From Eledone cirrhosa (taxonomy: Eukaryota), in the NCBI GenBank assembly GCA_964016885.1, contig OZ024753.1:17360001-17424000 (forward strand): a DNA stretch of 64,000 nt, written 5' to 3'. The position numbers were made by a program, and so were the translations under genes. Numbering within the stretch: the stretch's first letter is position 1; the number at the start of each line of letters is the position of its first letter. The notes under the pieces are model-generated. The model was not told where the DNA came from. It did not search any database and was given only the letters and a program-made list of their open reading frames with translations. Below, piece by piece: positions 26,950 to 42,932 of this stretch.

Positions 26950-27018
26950 TATATATATGTATATATATATATATTAATTCAAAATATTAACAAAATAGAT
27001 ATTCTTGTGATCAAATAT

Positions 27019-27084
27019 ATTTTATTATACATATTTCAGAGGTAGTGATTTAACTTCAACAGTACGCCCTCATCAGATAAAATA
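27019..27084 (-). ncRNA. Type I hammerhead ribozyme motif (family D)
   Basis: Reverse complement: ttttat CTGATGA gggcgtac..tacctct GAAA tatgtaTA ataaaa. Confidence 0.72.
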
Positions 27085-27225
27085 AGATGATGCATGACAT
27101 ACCCTGACATAGTAGATGGTTATTTTGAATTAATATTAATAACTCCGGAAAACCAAACTGTTGAGTGCTTCCAATCTATTGTAAAACCCATTCTTTGATT
27201 TATTGATTGAACCTTGTTAAGCCTT

Positions 27226-27330
<105 letters not shown>

Positions 27331-27820
27331 AATGAATAATAACAGGTAGATATCATAAAAAGGTAATTTATTCCGTGTGCTTACAAGTGTTTCCACGGTG
27401 GTACTGCAGCCTAGTTCCGCTACGTGCAAATTCACAAGTATTTGCAGAACTCGAATATCCAATGCTGTGACCACTGTTTCCTCAGAGCAGAATGGTAAAT
27501 GTACAATGTAAAAACCCTTAAGTGGGGTTGTTGGGGAAGATAGAGTGGAACAGGAAGAGAGAAAAGTAGGGAAGAAGGAGAGAGAAGGAAAGATATGCAG
27601 GGGTTGGAGAAGTAGGAGAGAGTGGCTTGTAGATATCTTAATCAAAATGTTATGGTAGGGGTTTTATTAGTTACTTTTGGAGAGATGCGTAGATAGTTGG
27701 GGTCGGAATTATTTATTGCCCCAGAGGGCAGGTTCATAGATGTTGAGAGGGAGGTAGGTCAAAGGTGAGAGAGAGAGAGTGTAATGGATGTAGAGAGAGA
27801 TATATATAGAGATATATATA

Positions 27821-28269
27821 TATTAATTCAAAATATTAATAAATATAGACATTCATGTGATCAAAATATATTTTATTATATATATTTCGGAGGTACTGTG
27901 CTGTTTTTTCAGTACGTCCTCATCAGATAAAATACATAAATTGATGTATGACACATCTCAACTGTGCTGATGGTTCAATTCCAGTCTTGGAATTGAACCA
28001 TCACTGCCAAGACTGGAATTGAACCATCAGCACAGTTGAGGTATGTCATACATCAATTTATATATTTTATCTGATGAGGACGTACTGAAAAAACAGCACA
28101 GTACCTCTCAAATATATATAATAAAATATATTTTGATCACATGAATGTCTATATTTATTAATATTTTGAATTAATATTAATACCTCCAGAAAACTTGGCT
28201 GTTGAGTGCTTCTAATCTATTGTAAAACTATATTCATTGATTAATCAATGAACCTTGTTTAACTTTTGG

Positions 28270-28270
<1 letters not shown>
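27821..28270 (+). mobile_element. Fold-back hammerhead element, family D (also 26973-27225, 30792-31170)
   Basis: Near-perfect inverted arms of about 170 bp starting ATTAATTCAAAATATTAA plus a shared tail ending GGTTATATA. Confidence 0.8.
27869..27934 (-). ncRNA. Type I hammerhead ribozyme motif (family D)
   Basis: Reverse complement: tattttat CTGATGA ggacgtactg..cagtacctcc GAAA tatataTA ataaaata. The plus-strand partner at about 28063-28128 has GAAA>CAAA. Confidence 0.78.
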
Positions 28271-30471
<2,201 letters not shown>

Positions 30472-30558
30472 AAATTGAGATAAGCGGAGCAAGCAAGATT
30501 CAAACAATTTTTTAAAATAAATTAAAAAATATAATTTAAATATTTACCTATTCCAATT

Positions 30559-30639
30559 GCTTTTACCGATGGTTTCACTTCACAAAAGATTGGAGATCCC
30601 TAGGGACTTCCAATGGAAAAGTTTAGATCATCAGAGAGC
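30559..30639 (-). ncRNA. Type I hammerhead ribozyme motif with long stem II
   Basis: Reverse complement: gctct CTGATGA ... attgga-agtccctagggatc-tccaat ... GAAA ccatcgGTA aaagc. Confidence 0.62.
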
Positions 30640-30842
30640 ATTTTCCTTTCCTAGGACAAAAAGTCCCAGGAACTGCAAAATATATTGCCATCTCGCAGCT
30701 AGCACAGGATCGAATGGTGCCGAAAATTTGACCTAAGCATGAACCAGCCCATAGTAGAAGCGGAAGTAAACATAGACGCATTATATATATATATTATTCA
30801 GAATGTTAACAAATGAAAATATTCACATAATCAAAATATATA

Positions 30843-30902
30843 CTTTATTATATATATTTCAAAGGTACTGTGTTGTTTCAGTACGTTTTCATCAGACAAA
30901 TA
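30843..30902 (-). ncRNA. Type I hammerhead ribozyme motif (family D)
   Basis: Reverse complement: tttgt CTGATGA aaacgtactg..cagtaccttt GAAA tatataTA ataaa. Confidence 0.7.
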
Positions 30903-31225
30903 GTATGATTTGATATATGACATACGGCTACGGTCTTGATTATTCAATTCCAGTATTGCCAATACTGGAATTGAATAAAGCGTACTGAAACATCATAATA
31001 CCTTTGAAATATATATAATAAAGTATATATTTTGATTATGTGAATATTTTTCATTTATTAAAATTTTGAATAATATTAAAACTCTAGGAAAACAAACTGT
31101 TGAGTGCTTCTAATCTATCGTAAAATTGTATTCGTTCAGTAATCAACGAACCATACTTATCTTTGGTTATATATATATATATATACGATATTAACAAATG
31201 GAAACTATATTTATAAAACCATATT

Positions 31226-31290
31226 TATTTCATTATACATATTTCAAGGACACCAAGTTAAATTATAGTGTGCTTTCATCAGATAAAATA
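31226..31290 (-). ncRNA. Type I hammerhead ribozyme motif (family A)
   Basis: Reverse complement: tattttat CTGATGA aagcacac..gtgtcctt GAAA tatgtaTA atgaaata. Confidence 0.75.
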
Positions 31291-31563
31291 TAATATAGAT
31301 CAGTTTTATAAATAAATATTGACATACCCTTAAAGAATGCAACCATTGCTGTTGGAAGCTCCCGGATAGTAATTTATCTTGGTGTCCTTGAAATATGTAT
31401 AATGAAATAAATATGGTTTTATAAATATAGTTTCCAATTGTTAATATCGTATTTTTACTCCAAATATTTGTTGAGTGCTTTATATCTGTTATAAAAATAT
31501 TTGCTTGTTGTATCCCAACAATTTAAATAGAACTTTTACATATATATATATATATATATATAT

Positions 31564-31758
31564 AGAAATGGCTTCTACAGGACTAGAACTGTTTCATTCA
31601 AACTAAATCATCAGAAAAGCCCTGGTGATTTCCTTAAAATGAAATACCTCTAATCCTGTAGAAGCCATTTCTATATTAAATATTTAGACTCTGCTATGTA
31701 TTGAGTACCTCACTTACATTCTGGTTACCCCCGATTGAACTTGGGGTAACCACATCCG
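31564..31758 (+). mobile_element. Fold-back hammerhead element, family C (also 16146-16700, 18299-18410)
   Basis: Inverted arms AGAAATGGCTTCTACAGG.../...CCTGTAGAAGCCATTTCT plus a tail ending in a ggttaccccc..ggggtaacc hairpin. Confidence 0.75.
31571..31620 (-). ncRNA. Type I hammerhead ribozyme motif (family C)
   Basis: Reverse complement: gctttt CTGATGA tttagtttgaat GAAA cagttctagtcctGTA gaagc. The adjacent plus-strand partner has CTGGTGA. Confidence 0.65.
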
Positions 31759-31791
<33 letters not shown>

Positions 31792-32028
31792 AAACATACA
31801 AACATTCAGTTTGATCTTCTTTAATGTTAAAGTTATGTGATTTTTATGTAAAACCCCTGCTGTCACGTCTTGTAATGTCCCATTTTTGTACGCCCCCGTG
31901 GCATATAAAGAAAAATATCCATATTGTTTATATATACATATATATATTTGCCTACATATCCAGCCTTACACCCATCTATAACAGAAGGTATATCTTACTC
32001 CTCTAAAACCTCTTTCTTGTTATTAAAG

Positions 32029-32174
32029 CCTTAGAAGAACGTGTTCGGATGTCCATCAAACAAAACATTACCTGTTTCTTCGAAGCAGACCAACGCTGGC
32101 ACGCTGCATGGACTGTCTGGTACCCATTTTTACACCCGTTTGGCTATTCCACCTGTGCTCTTTGTTCTTGCTTG
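32029..32174 (+). CDS. chrd: Chordin exon, first half of VWC3
   Basis: ttaaag|CC (alternative in-frame acceptor at 32035), donor TTG|gtgagt, phase 1 to 0. TCFFEADQRWHAAWTVWYPFLHPFGYSTCALCSCL resembles chordin VWC3 'CYFDGD..W..AG..WHP..PPFG...C..C.C'. Confidence 0.9.
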
Positions 32175-32442
32175 GTGAGTTTCTTTTCTTCCCCTGGAAA
32201 AATCCGTAAAACGTTCATTTCTTTATTTTATTTTTATTTTATTTTTATTCTTTTGGTGTATTTTTTATTATTATTATTTTATTTTATTTTTTTGCTATCG
32301 CTATTTATATTTTTGTTTGTAATTTTTACTCTTTTATTATTTCATTTTCGCCGGATTCGGTTGGATTTATATCACGTTTGGTTTTGTATTAGCTGTTGTT
32401 GTTGTTGATGTTGTTGTTGTTTCTGTGTTTGTTATTTGCACT

Positions 32443-32492
<50 letters not shown>

Positions 32493-32577
32493 TATATATA
32501 GAGAGAGAGATACATAGATAGATACGTCTCTCCATATATATGTATATGTAGGTATATATATATATACATATATATAT

Positions 32578-32642
<65 letters not shown>

Positions 32643-32722
32643 ATATATATATATATACATAAACATACATATATACACGCCGCTCAACATATATGTAAGT
32701 ACACGCAAACACACACACAGAG

Positions 32723-32795
<73 letters not shown>

Positions 32796-33102
32796 TTTGT
32801 AAATTTATCGTAATGTAGCAGGTGTCTATCATCTTCCTATGCGGGTATATATTATATAGTGATAAAACTTTATCTGATATAGAACACAATTCAAAATATA
32901 AAGTGAAATAAATATATAGTATATATTAAAATATAATATTACATACAGTCCGTACAGATTGGACATTGTATCTCTACATAGCGTCTTAGAAGACGTCATT
33001 GTCATGGTTCGAATATCTTTGATGAAAGCATGCTCAGAATCTACACGGCAGGATTGTTTCTCATATGTGTTTCTTATTGTTGACAACAGTTCAGTACGAT
33101 AT

Positions 33103-33404
33103 CTTCTTCTTCTTTTTCTTCTTCTTCTTCTTCTTCTTCTTCTTCTTCTTCTTCTTCTTCTTCTTCTTCTTCTTCTTCTTCTTCTTCTTCTTCTTCTTCT
33201 TCTTCTTCGTCTTCTTCTTCTTCTTCTTCTTCTTCTTCTTCTTCTTCTTCTTCTTCTTCTTCTTCTTCTTCTTCTTCTTCTTCTTCTCCTCCTTCTCCTT
33301 CGTCTTCTTCTTCTTCTTCTTCTTCTTCTTCTTCTTCTTCTTCTTCTTCTTCTTCGTCTTCGTCTTCGTCTTCGTCTTCGTCTTCGTCTTCTTCTTCTTC
33401 TTCT
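33103..33404. repeat. (CTT)n trinucleotide repeat
   Basis: Direct reading. Confidence 0.95.
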
Positions 33405-34593
33405 TGAGAGGGTCGCGGTGGGGCAGAGTCCTCAAGCATTCCCTCTAGCGGGTTCCTGTAAGAACCAACCGTGTACAACTGATCCGGCTGGATCTCCAAT
33501 TGTGACCAGCCAAGCTCGTGGATATCAGAACCATGCTGCAAGTTAAATAAACATTCTTCTATTTAACAATTACAAGTGTGAAGAGCAAATAGACAAAAAT
33601 ATACCTAATTTTTTTCTTCAAAGTCCCGACTACAATTTCGCCGATTGATGTGTAAAACTAAAGTGTATTGAGGCCGTGGGGTTATCGCCGTGTCAAGAGA
33701 ACCCTCAATGAAAGGACAAATTCCTGAACTGACTGCAACCAGTGAAAAATCTTCGGGAAGGAGGATTATCACGTGGTATAACGGTCTCATAATTGTTTCT
33801 ACTTGAGGCACAAGGCCAGCAATTACCCAGTGCATTACTGGTACTTTATTTTATCGACCCCGTAAGGATGAAAGGCAAAGTCAACCTCGGCGGGATTTGA
33901 ACTCAGATCGTAAAGGGAGGTAACTATGCTGGAAAGCATGGCGTTCGACCCTCTACTGATACTGCCAATCCACCGGTCTCATAATGATGCTAACTATTGA
34001 ACGGCTGACGAGTAGCACATTTGCTAGAAGAAGCAGTCAGTTTCCGCCTAATTTTTACACAACCGTGTGGGAGCTAAGACAAACCAATATGTTGATCTCC
34101 ATAAAACAAGAGCTCATAGAAATACGTTATAGTTAGCTGTTGTGATTCCCAGGTGAAGTTTAACATATTTCTCTGCCGCTGATCTGCCTTTGAATCACCC
34201 CTCTTTCAAAAATGAAGCATTCATTTTGCTTTTTCTAATGATTAGAATACATGCAGCTCCCCCACACCACCTGTATAAACATCCACGACACCGATATTGT
34301 CCAAAGGAAAGGTAATGGCTGATACAGTTTGGCACCAGTGATGTAGCAACTCATTCCTACAGCCAAGTAAACTGAAGCAACGTGAAATAAAGTGTCTTGC
34401 TCAAGGACACAACGCCATCCTCCGTTCTGAAAATCGAACTCACAACCCCTCGATTGTAATCCAATCGCACTAACCCCTAAGCCATGCTCCTTCGTTAGTC
34501 GTCCCGGTGGCCTAGTAGGCTGTATTACAGATGGTAGTGATCCTGCTGTAGGTTTCAATTTCAGTCAGAAGCTATATAAAGGGAGGGGGGGTC

Positions 34594-34606
34594 TTACTAC
34601 TACTAT

Positions 34607-34659
<53 letters not shown>

Positions 34660-34874
34660 TTACTACTACTACTGCTGCTACTACTACTGCCACCACCACC
34701 ACTACTACTACTACTATTACTACTACTACTACCACCACCACCACCACTACTACTACTACGACTACTACCACCACCGCCACCACCACCACTACTACTACTA
34801 CTACTACCACCAGCACCACCAGCACCAGCACCACCACTACAACTACTACCACCACCACCACCACCACCACCACC

Positions 34875-34905
<31 letters not shown>
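34594..34905. repeat. (ACT)n/(ACC)n repeat
   Basis: Direct reading. Confidence 0.95.
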
Positions 34906-36523
34906 GTAATACCGTAGTCTTATGATGTTTAGTATTTGTTGTAATGTACATGGCTCATCTAAGTTGTTCCATTTCTTTTATCCGTCATGAAATATATCTC
35001 AAGCTTAAGGATTCCGTAAGAAACTCGTACTATTTAAAATAACATTCTAATATGATAAAAACTGAAGATGGATATAAAGAATCAGACTGTTGCTGTTGCT
35101 TTTATCATTGTTGTCTGTAATTTAGACGTCTGATGATGTCGTTTGGAGGAAACTTTCAGAATGTGGTTAACAAAATTCTTGATGACAACTTCATGCACTA
35201 CCACAGCCATTTTGTCTTTATCTAAATATGTTTCATTGTATTATGTCACACAGTAAATAAATTATTAATCTGAATTACGAGATAAATACATCATTTACGA
35301 GGGTGAGCTGAAAAGTTCATTGGCTGACAATGAAGGAGTGATGCTAGAACTATGAAATCTTACATGCATTAATTTCAATTCTTTTTAGTAACTGCATTGT
35401 TTCTGTATAATAAGGTAAATGTAAAATTACATTTAAATTGATTTTAGATTGATTTATATAAAATATTTAGAGTCTTCTTTGGGTTTTTGAAACTGATCGT
35501 TGAGCACTAAATATTTCGCATGGACCATGTTGTACATTTCAAAGAAAGGCTGGTATCACTTTAGCCTGAGGTCCTCCAGGTCATTTACACTTTAGGCCTG
35601 CACTTGTATACCTGTGTGCAGCTTACCTCCGCTACAGGAATGTTATATTGCAGGATAATAAAAACAAGAGGAATAATGATTTATTATTAATGACAAGCTA
35701 ATGATGGTGGATTGACAGTAATCAGTAGAACGTCAGACACCATGCTTTGTAACATAGAGTTATAGCCCTTTACGTTCTGAGTTCAAATCCCGCCGAGGTT
35801 TACTTTGCTTTTCATCTTTACGGGGTCGATAAATAAAGCACCAGTAATGCACTGGGCTCGATTTAATCGACTTCCCCCTCCCTCAAAAGAATTGTAGACC
35901 TTCTGCCTGAATCAGAAACCATTATTAACGGTAAGCTAAAGTAGCACCTAAAGGCTACCATACTCCGCACTGTTGTTGATGTCGATATTGTTGAAAGAAT
36001 TTGCCTATCTTTCTTTTTCCAAGTAGTTTCCTTTTATTTCTTAATTTAACATCATTCCTCATTCGTTCTTTGTTAGCGTCATTCGTGTGATTTTACCTCA
36101 GCTGACTCTTCCTCTGATGTAATATCATGTGTCACAGATCGTTTGAATAACTCCATTGAACAACCCTATCTCAACAACCTCATGCAAATAACAAAGGAAT
36201 CGGCCATTCTTTAAAATACGATTAATGTTTCGAGACGAATTAATTCATTCTTCATTTTTTTCTTACCTGGAAATTTACTTTGAATTTAAAATATAACCCA
36301 CCGCTCTCTACAACTCTCCTATTACTTCCATGTCTTACCTGTAAATTTACCTTGAATTTAAAATCGACCCTCACCGCCCTCTACACATTACACCTCTCCA
36401 ATTACTTCCATGTCTTACCTGGAAATTTACCTTGAATTTAAAATCGACCCCACCGCCCTCTACACATCTCCTATTACTTCCATGTTTTTTAAGTTTACAT
36501 GTCATTGATTCGTTTGCCGTTTG

Positions 36524-36588
<65 letters not shown>

Positions 36589-36675
36589 GGAGTCGATAAA
36601 ATAAAGTACCAGTAATGCACTGGGTAATTGCTGGCCTTGTGCCTAAAGTAGAAACAATTATTATTATTATTATTT

Positions 36676-37010
36676 ACTTGATGTCTCAGTCATTGATGTT
36701 ATCCAACTGGAATAACTGCCCTAATGAATATCAAGCTGTTACCCGCAGTCTCAGATATTCAGGACGTATCGGAGCGTCCTTGCCGATCCAATTAGGCATG
36801 CCTTTTGAAGCGTTCCAAAAGTGGGGAGTGGGCAGATGGTCTTTAACCAACCTTCGAAACACTTCAAGATAGTACCCAGTGCTCCCATGACAATGGGACG
36901 ACCTTGATCTCATGACAATTCCAAATACTTTTCAGTTCCCACTTCAGGTCCTGGTACCGGTTAATTTCTTCCCTATCCTTTTCCTGTACTCTTGTGTCGA
37001 AGAGGCAATC
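36676..37010 (-). mobile_element. R4/Dong-like non-LTR retrotransposon 3' fragment (RLE endonuclease C-terminus)
   Basis: Reverse complement reads DCLFDTRVQEKDREEINRYQDLKWELKSIWNCHEIKV/PIVMGALGTI...QKACLIGSARTLRYVLNI*. It sits between (ATT)n tracts, the known Dong/R4 target type. Confidence 0.75.
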
Positions 37011-37023
37011 ATTATTATTATTA

Positions 37024-37215
37024 AGGGCGGTGGTTTGGCAGTATCGGTAGAGGGTCGGACGCCATGCTTTCCAGCACAGTTACGTCCCTTTGCGGTCTGA
37101 GTTCAAATCTCACCAAGGTTAACTTTGCCTTTCATCGTTACGGGGTCGATAAAATAAAGTACCAGTAATACACTGGGTAATTGCTGGTCTTGTGCCAAAA
37201 GTAGAAACAATTTTT
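37024..37215 (+). mobile_element. tRNA-derived SINE family 1 (about 20 full or partial copies, e.g. 4648-5275 cluster, 9248-9352, 18410-18516, 19480-19995, 33790-33975, 35705-35925, 39274-39465, 49040-49235, 49657-49850, 57548-57727, 58170-58358)
   Basis: A-box TGGCAGTATCGG, B-box GAGTTCAAATC, core CTTTGCCTTTCATCCTTACGGGGTCGATAAAATAAAGTACCAG (Nin/Deu-domain-like, by recall), (ATT)n-like tail. Confidence 0.85.
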
Positions 37216-37255
37216 ATTATTACCTTCTGTCATCCTCCTTCCTTCCTTGTGTGTA

Positions 37256-37323
<68 letters not shown>

Positions 37324-38110
37324 TAGATAGATAGATATAGATATAGATATGTATATATAAAGACGAAGTTTTCTGTATGTGTGTGTATGTGTGTGTGGAC
37401 AATTTTTAATGAGGGCTCATATATTCTAAACCATTCATGCGATTTCTTTGAAATATTTTACAGAGCTTCTCCTTGCACAAAACCTGTACATGATCCACAA
37501 AGGCTTTCAAAAATCGATATTGGCGCCTTTGGAAGACATTACAAATGTTTCGGTTATTTGTGTCAATTTTCATCATTAAGTAAGACAAGAGTTATCTTTA
37601 AGTAAGACAAGAGTTATCTTTCGTAATTCGGCTCATTCGGATTTTAATTTACTCTTTGTACTTGAAACAAAAGCTACGCTTCCTTGAGACTAACAATATC
37701 ATTTTGTATATTTCACAACCAGCAATTTCTAACAGATTACTAAGTTAAGTTATAGATTTGACATTGTATAATTTATCGTTTCAAGCTTGGTGTCCACACA
37801 TTAAGTGATGTCATAACTTTTTCAATATTATGCTTTGTACATAATAGTGTCTATTATACACTTCACTTCTCTATTTCATGATGCGCTTTTACTGTTGTCA
37901 AAAAAATTTATACCTAGACTGGATTTCTGTTGTTACATGGTATAACGGATGACACCGAGCTCATGTATTAATTATTTCGCTGGAAAGTGCCTAAGGTTTT
38001 CATATTTACATAAAGTACGTTTTTCTTTTATGTATTCAAATTTACTTTGTTTAGTTTAATGAGCTACATCGAAAGCTACTTGAACCGTCCAAAGACGGGT
38101 AGTTTAGCTA

Positions 38111-38175
<65 letters not shown>

Positions 38176-38177
<2 letters not shown>

Positions 38178-38710
38178 TAGTTCCACAAAAGTTAGTTCTC
38201 AATACCGAGAACAAATGTTTCACCTTATTCGGATCCTCAGCTCGGTCTAAATGAAGTTGTAAGGAAAAAGGAAAAACAACCGTACAAATACGCATGTACA
38301 GAAACAGTCACTTCTCCTGGGGGAAGTAAACACACAATAGAATGATGTAAGGGAGATAACTGTGGATGCCCGGAATAAATTATTAATGTTATGAAGAATA
38401 TTATAGATTGTTGATGTTAGTCAGTCTGGAGCTTTGTAATTATGTAATAGGTGTTTCTAGTCGTGTGGACAACCTGAAAAAATTCATTCCTTCAATTTAG
38501 GTAATCGTTATTGCGTAAACTTCTCAGGATATTGATCCTTTCTTCAATGCACAGTCCACAAGACGGATTCCCATTTGTGTATGGCTTAGACTTAGTAATA
38601 GCTTTCCATTGGATGGAATAATCTACGCCCGTGTCCTTAAGGGACCATACGTGGCCGCGTGTTTCGTAGACGATGGTTTGTCCGGGTATCTGTAGGTCGA
38701 CTGATGGTTT
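38176..38710 (-). mobile_element. Penelope-like element 3' remnant (endonuclease C-terminus plus hammerhead)
   Basis: GHVWSLKDTGVDYSIQWKAITKSKPYTNGNPSCGLCIEERINI...YLN*RNEFF/GCPH matches the PLE 'HIW.LK...I.W.I...Y....C.LC..EK..I...LN.R.E...C.H' C-terminus. Flanked by (TA)n. Confidence 0.8.
38204..38246 (-). ncRNA. Type I hammerhead ribozyme motif (family F)
   Basis: Reverse complement: accgag CTGAGGA tccgaataaggt GAAA catttgtt ctcggt. 6-bp stem I. Lies downstream of a Penelope-like endonuclease remnant on the same strand. Confidence 0.72.
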
Positions 38711-39688
38711 ATATATATATATATATAAGACTGTATATAGAGAAAGACACACATAAAAGGTATCTTTTCAATTATAGGTGATAGAATACACCAGAGTGTA
38801 AACCATATTGTCTACGAACGGAATGGAGAATATATATCAATTAAAAGAATAAAATAAAAAAATCAACAGGTGGACCAACAATATGATTTACACTTCTAAA
38901 AATATTTAAGATAACTAGTATACGGTGGAAAGAGAAAAGATGTGTGCTATACAGCCAATGGTGGTATGAATGGACTAAAAGACTGCTAAAAACAGCAGCT
39001 GACAACCATTGAACTTAAGAAGCTACACTTACATATAGAAATGAATCAGGATTAAATATATCAAATTAAAAAACGGAGTTAAAGACTCACGTTAATCCCC
39101 CATAATTTAATGAGCTCAAGGGATCAATTCCGGGCTCTTTATCAGACAGTATATAATAGAAAAATACACAAAGAGGTATGTGTTCAATTATAGGGGATGG
39201 AATACCACCAGAGTGAAAACCATAGTGTCATATATATATATATATATATGTAATCTGCGTTTTTCGAATATTAATAATTGTTTCTACTTTTTGGCACAAG
39301 GCCAGCAATTACCCAATGCATTACTGGTACTTTATTTTATCGACCCCGTAAGGATGAAAGGCAAAGTTAACCTCGGCGGGATTTGAACTCAGAATGGCAA
39401 GGGCCGTAACTCTATTCTGCAAAGCATGGCGTCCGACCCTCTACCGATACTGCCAATCCATCGCCTCGAATATTAATAATAACATTCAATTCGTTTATAG
39501 TTATGCACACAAGCCTCAATTTTATAGCCATGTCAATAGAATGAACCCTTCATTCTTGCTCTTGTGTTGGCATGTGAATAGAACTGCAGACACTAATGAC
39601 GAGGTGAACAGTGAGCTGAAACATTAGTGTTTGCAGTTCTGTTCACATGCCAACACAAGAGCAAGAATGGTCTCCTGCGTGCTTATAT

Positions 39689-40030
<342 letters not shown>

Positions 40031-40119
40031 AAACACACTTTATTATACGTTGAGCAATCTCTGACGTCAGTTGACTACATCCAATGCAACTACTTAGTAA
40101 CATTGGAATACAAATTAAC

Positions 40120-40173
<54 letters not shown>

Positions 40174-40362
40174 ATATAACCTCGCAGAGACCACGTAAAT
40201 TAATATAATATCGTTCATATTAGTATATATATATATATGTAGGAGGTGAGTTTTATTGTAGCACAATAAAGCAATGCAAATATCGGATAAGTAGCACTCT
40301 ACAGTTTGTAGGACTGAAGTATAAATAATATAAGATCAAAAGATGGTTAAAAGAGTTCCAAG

Positions 40363-40433
40363 TATTTTATTATGCGCATTTCAAAAACAAATATGATCAT
40401 GGGATGATATCTGCGTTCTCATCAGATAAAATA
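40363..40433 (-). ncRNA. Type I hammerhead ribozyme motif (family E)
   Basis: Reverse complement: tattttat CTGATGA gaacgcagatatc..atatttgttttt GAAA tgcgcaTA ataaaata. Confidence 0.78.
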
Positions 40434-40837
40434 GGGAGACATGATATGAAGCTTAAAAAACACTAATAAATTCTTTTCTTCACACATATTATTAAACCCT
40501 TCAATATACAAACCTTAATTTAATACTATTCTTAATTCCTTTTTTCTTCATGCATAAACCTTATTAACTTTTAATTTCAAAATCTTTTAAATTATCTATT
40601 ATCTTCCAACGGCTTTTTAATTTCTCTCTGTGAGACAATATTTTTTCTCAGTTGTAAAGGCTATCTCTCTCTCTCTATCACCCATCTCTCCTCCTCTCTC
40701 ATCCTTCCTTCTTATACCCCTCCCCCACCATCCTTTACTCTTATTTCTTCCTCTTCTTTACCCCCCCCTCACTTTTTCCCAATCTCATACATCCATTTTA
40801 ATTTATTTTTCATATGTTGATTTAAAACTTTTGATCT

Positions 40838-40874
<37 letters not shown>

Positions 40875-40902
40875 TATATATATATATATATATTTCATTT
40901 CA

Positions 40903-40939
<37 letters not shown>

Positions 40940-41002
40940 TATATATATATATATATATCTCAGTATATATATATATATATATATATATTTCAGTATATAT
41001 TA

Positions 41003-41057
<55 letters not shown>

Positions 41058-41204
41058 TATATATATATATATATTAGTATATATATATATATATTAGTAT
41101 ATATATATATATATATTAGTATATATATATATATATATTAGTATATATATATATATATATATATTAGTATATATATATATTAGTATATATATATATATAT
41201 ATTA

Positions 41205-41261
<57 letters not shown>

Positions 41262-41305
41262 TATATATATATATATCAGTATATATATATATATATATAT
41301 TTCAG

Positions 41306-41336
<31 letters not shown>

Positions 41337-41540
41337 CCTGACCAGGTAATTCTTCAATGGTGGTCTTTCAATGTATATTTCCATTGACTTACCTCTGGTC
41401 ATGTGATAAAGTGAGTCGCTTGTCACATCAACCAATACTACAGTCTGTAGCCAGTAAATCATTTTATGCAAATTAAGGAGAAAATATCATTTGGATTTCT
41501 ACGAGTTATTTAAATTAGTTGTTAATTTTGTACCCATACC

Positions 41541-42630
41541 TTGTTGTTGTTATTGTCGTTGTCGTCGTTGTTGTTGTTGTTGCTGCTGCGGTTGTTGTTG
41601 CAGTTGTTACTACGGTTGTTATTGCTGTTGTTGCTGTTGTTGTTGCTGTTGCTGTTGTTGTTGCTGTTGTTGTTGTTGCTGTTGTTGTTACTGTTGTGTT
41701 GCTGTTGTTGTTGTTGCTGTTGTTGTTGCTGTTGTTGCTGCGGTTGTTGCTGCGGTTGTTGCTGCTGCGGTTGTTACTGCTGTTGTTGCTGTTGTTATTG
41801 CTGCTGTTGTTGCTGTTGTTGTTGCTGCTGTTGTTGCTGCGGTTGTTGCTGTTGTTGTTGCTGTTGTTGTTGCTGTTGTTGTTGCAGTTGTTACTGCGGT
41901 TGTTGCTGTTGTTGTTGCTGTTATTGTTGTTGCTGTTGTTGTTGCTGTTGTTGTTGCTGTTGCTGTTGTTGCTGTTGTTGTTGCTGTTGTTGTTGCTGTT
42001 GTTGCTGCGGTTGTTGCTGCGGTTGTTGCTGCTGCGGTTGTTACTGCTGTTGTTGCTGTTGTTGTTGCTGCTGTTGTTGCTGTTGTTGTTGCTGCTGTTG
42101 TTGCTGCGGTTGTTGCTGTTGTTGTTGCTGTTGTTGTTGCTGCGGTTGTTGCTGTTGTTGTTGCTGTTGTTGTTGCTGTTGTTGTTGCTGCTATTGTTGC
42201 TGTTGTTGTTGCTGCAGTTGTTGCTGCGGTTGTTGCTGTTGATTTTGCTATTGTTGTTCCTGTTGTTGTTGCTGCTGTTGTTGCTGCTGCGGTTGTTGCT
42301 GCGGTTGTTGCTGCTGTTGTTGCTGCTGTTGTTACTGCTGCTGTTGTTTCTGTTGTTGTTGCTGCTGTTGTTACTGCTGTTGTTGCTGTTGTTACTGCTG
42401 CTGCTGTTGCTGTTGTTGTTGCTGCTGTTGTTACTGCTGTTGCTGCTGTTGTTACTGCTGCTGCTGTTGCTGCTGTTGTTGCTGGTGTTGTTGCTGCTGT
42501 TGTTGCTGTTGTTGCTGCGGTTGTTGCTGTTGTTGTTGCTGCTGTTGTTGCTGCTAATGTTTGCTTTGTCACCATTGTCGCTGTTGTTGTTGCTGTTGTC
42601 GATAATGTCGCTGTTGTTGTTGCTGTTGTT
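41541..42630. repeat. (GTT/GCT)n compound trinucleotide array
   Basis: Direct reading. Confidence 0.95.
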
Positions 42631-42829
42631 ATATATATATATATATATAGGAAAATGTTTAACCCCGACGGCAGAGCTGAAGCCATTTCGACGCCTATTT
42701 CTGGCCGTCGAAACGGCTTGAGCTCTGCCGTCGGGGTTAAATATTTTCCCATTACCCACTCTACTACCCTAAGTATTGAGTACTCTGGTGCGTTATGGTC
42801 CATCTGGTTCCTTACCACAACTCCTTCGT

Positions 42830-42894
<65 letters not shown>

Positions 42895-42932
42895 ATATTA
42901 ATAAATGGAAACTATATTTATAAAACCATATT

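Noticed and set aside
33074-33541. Poly-Glu/Lys/Leu/Phe ORFs
   Set aside because: (CTT)n repeat.
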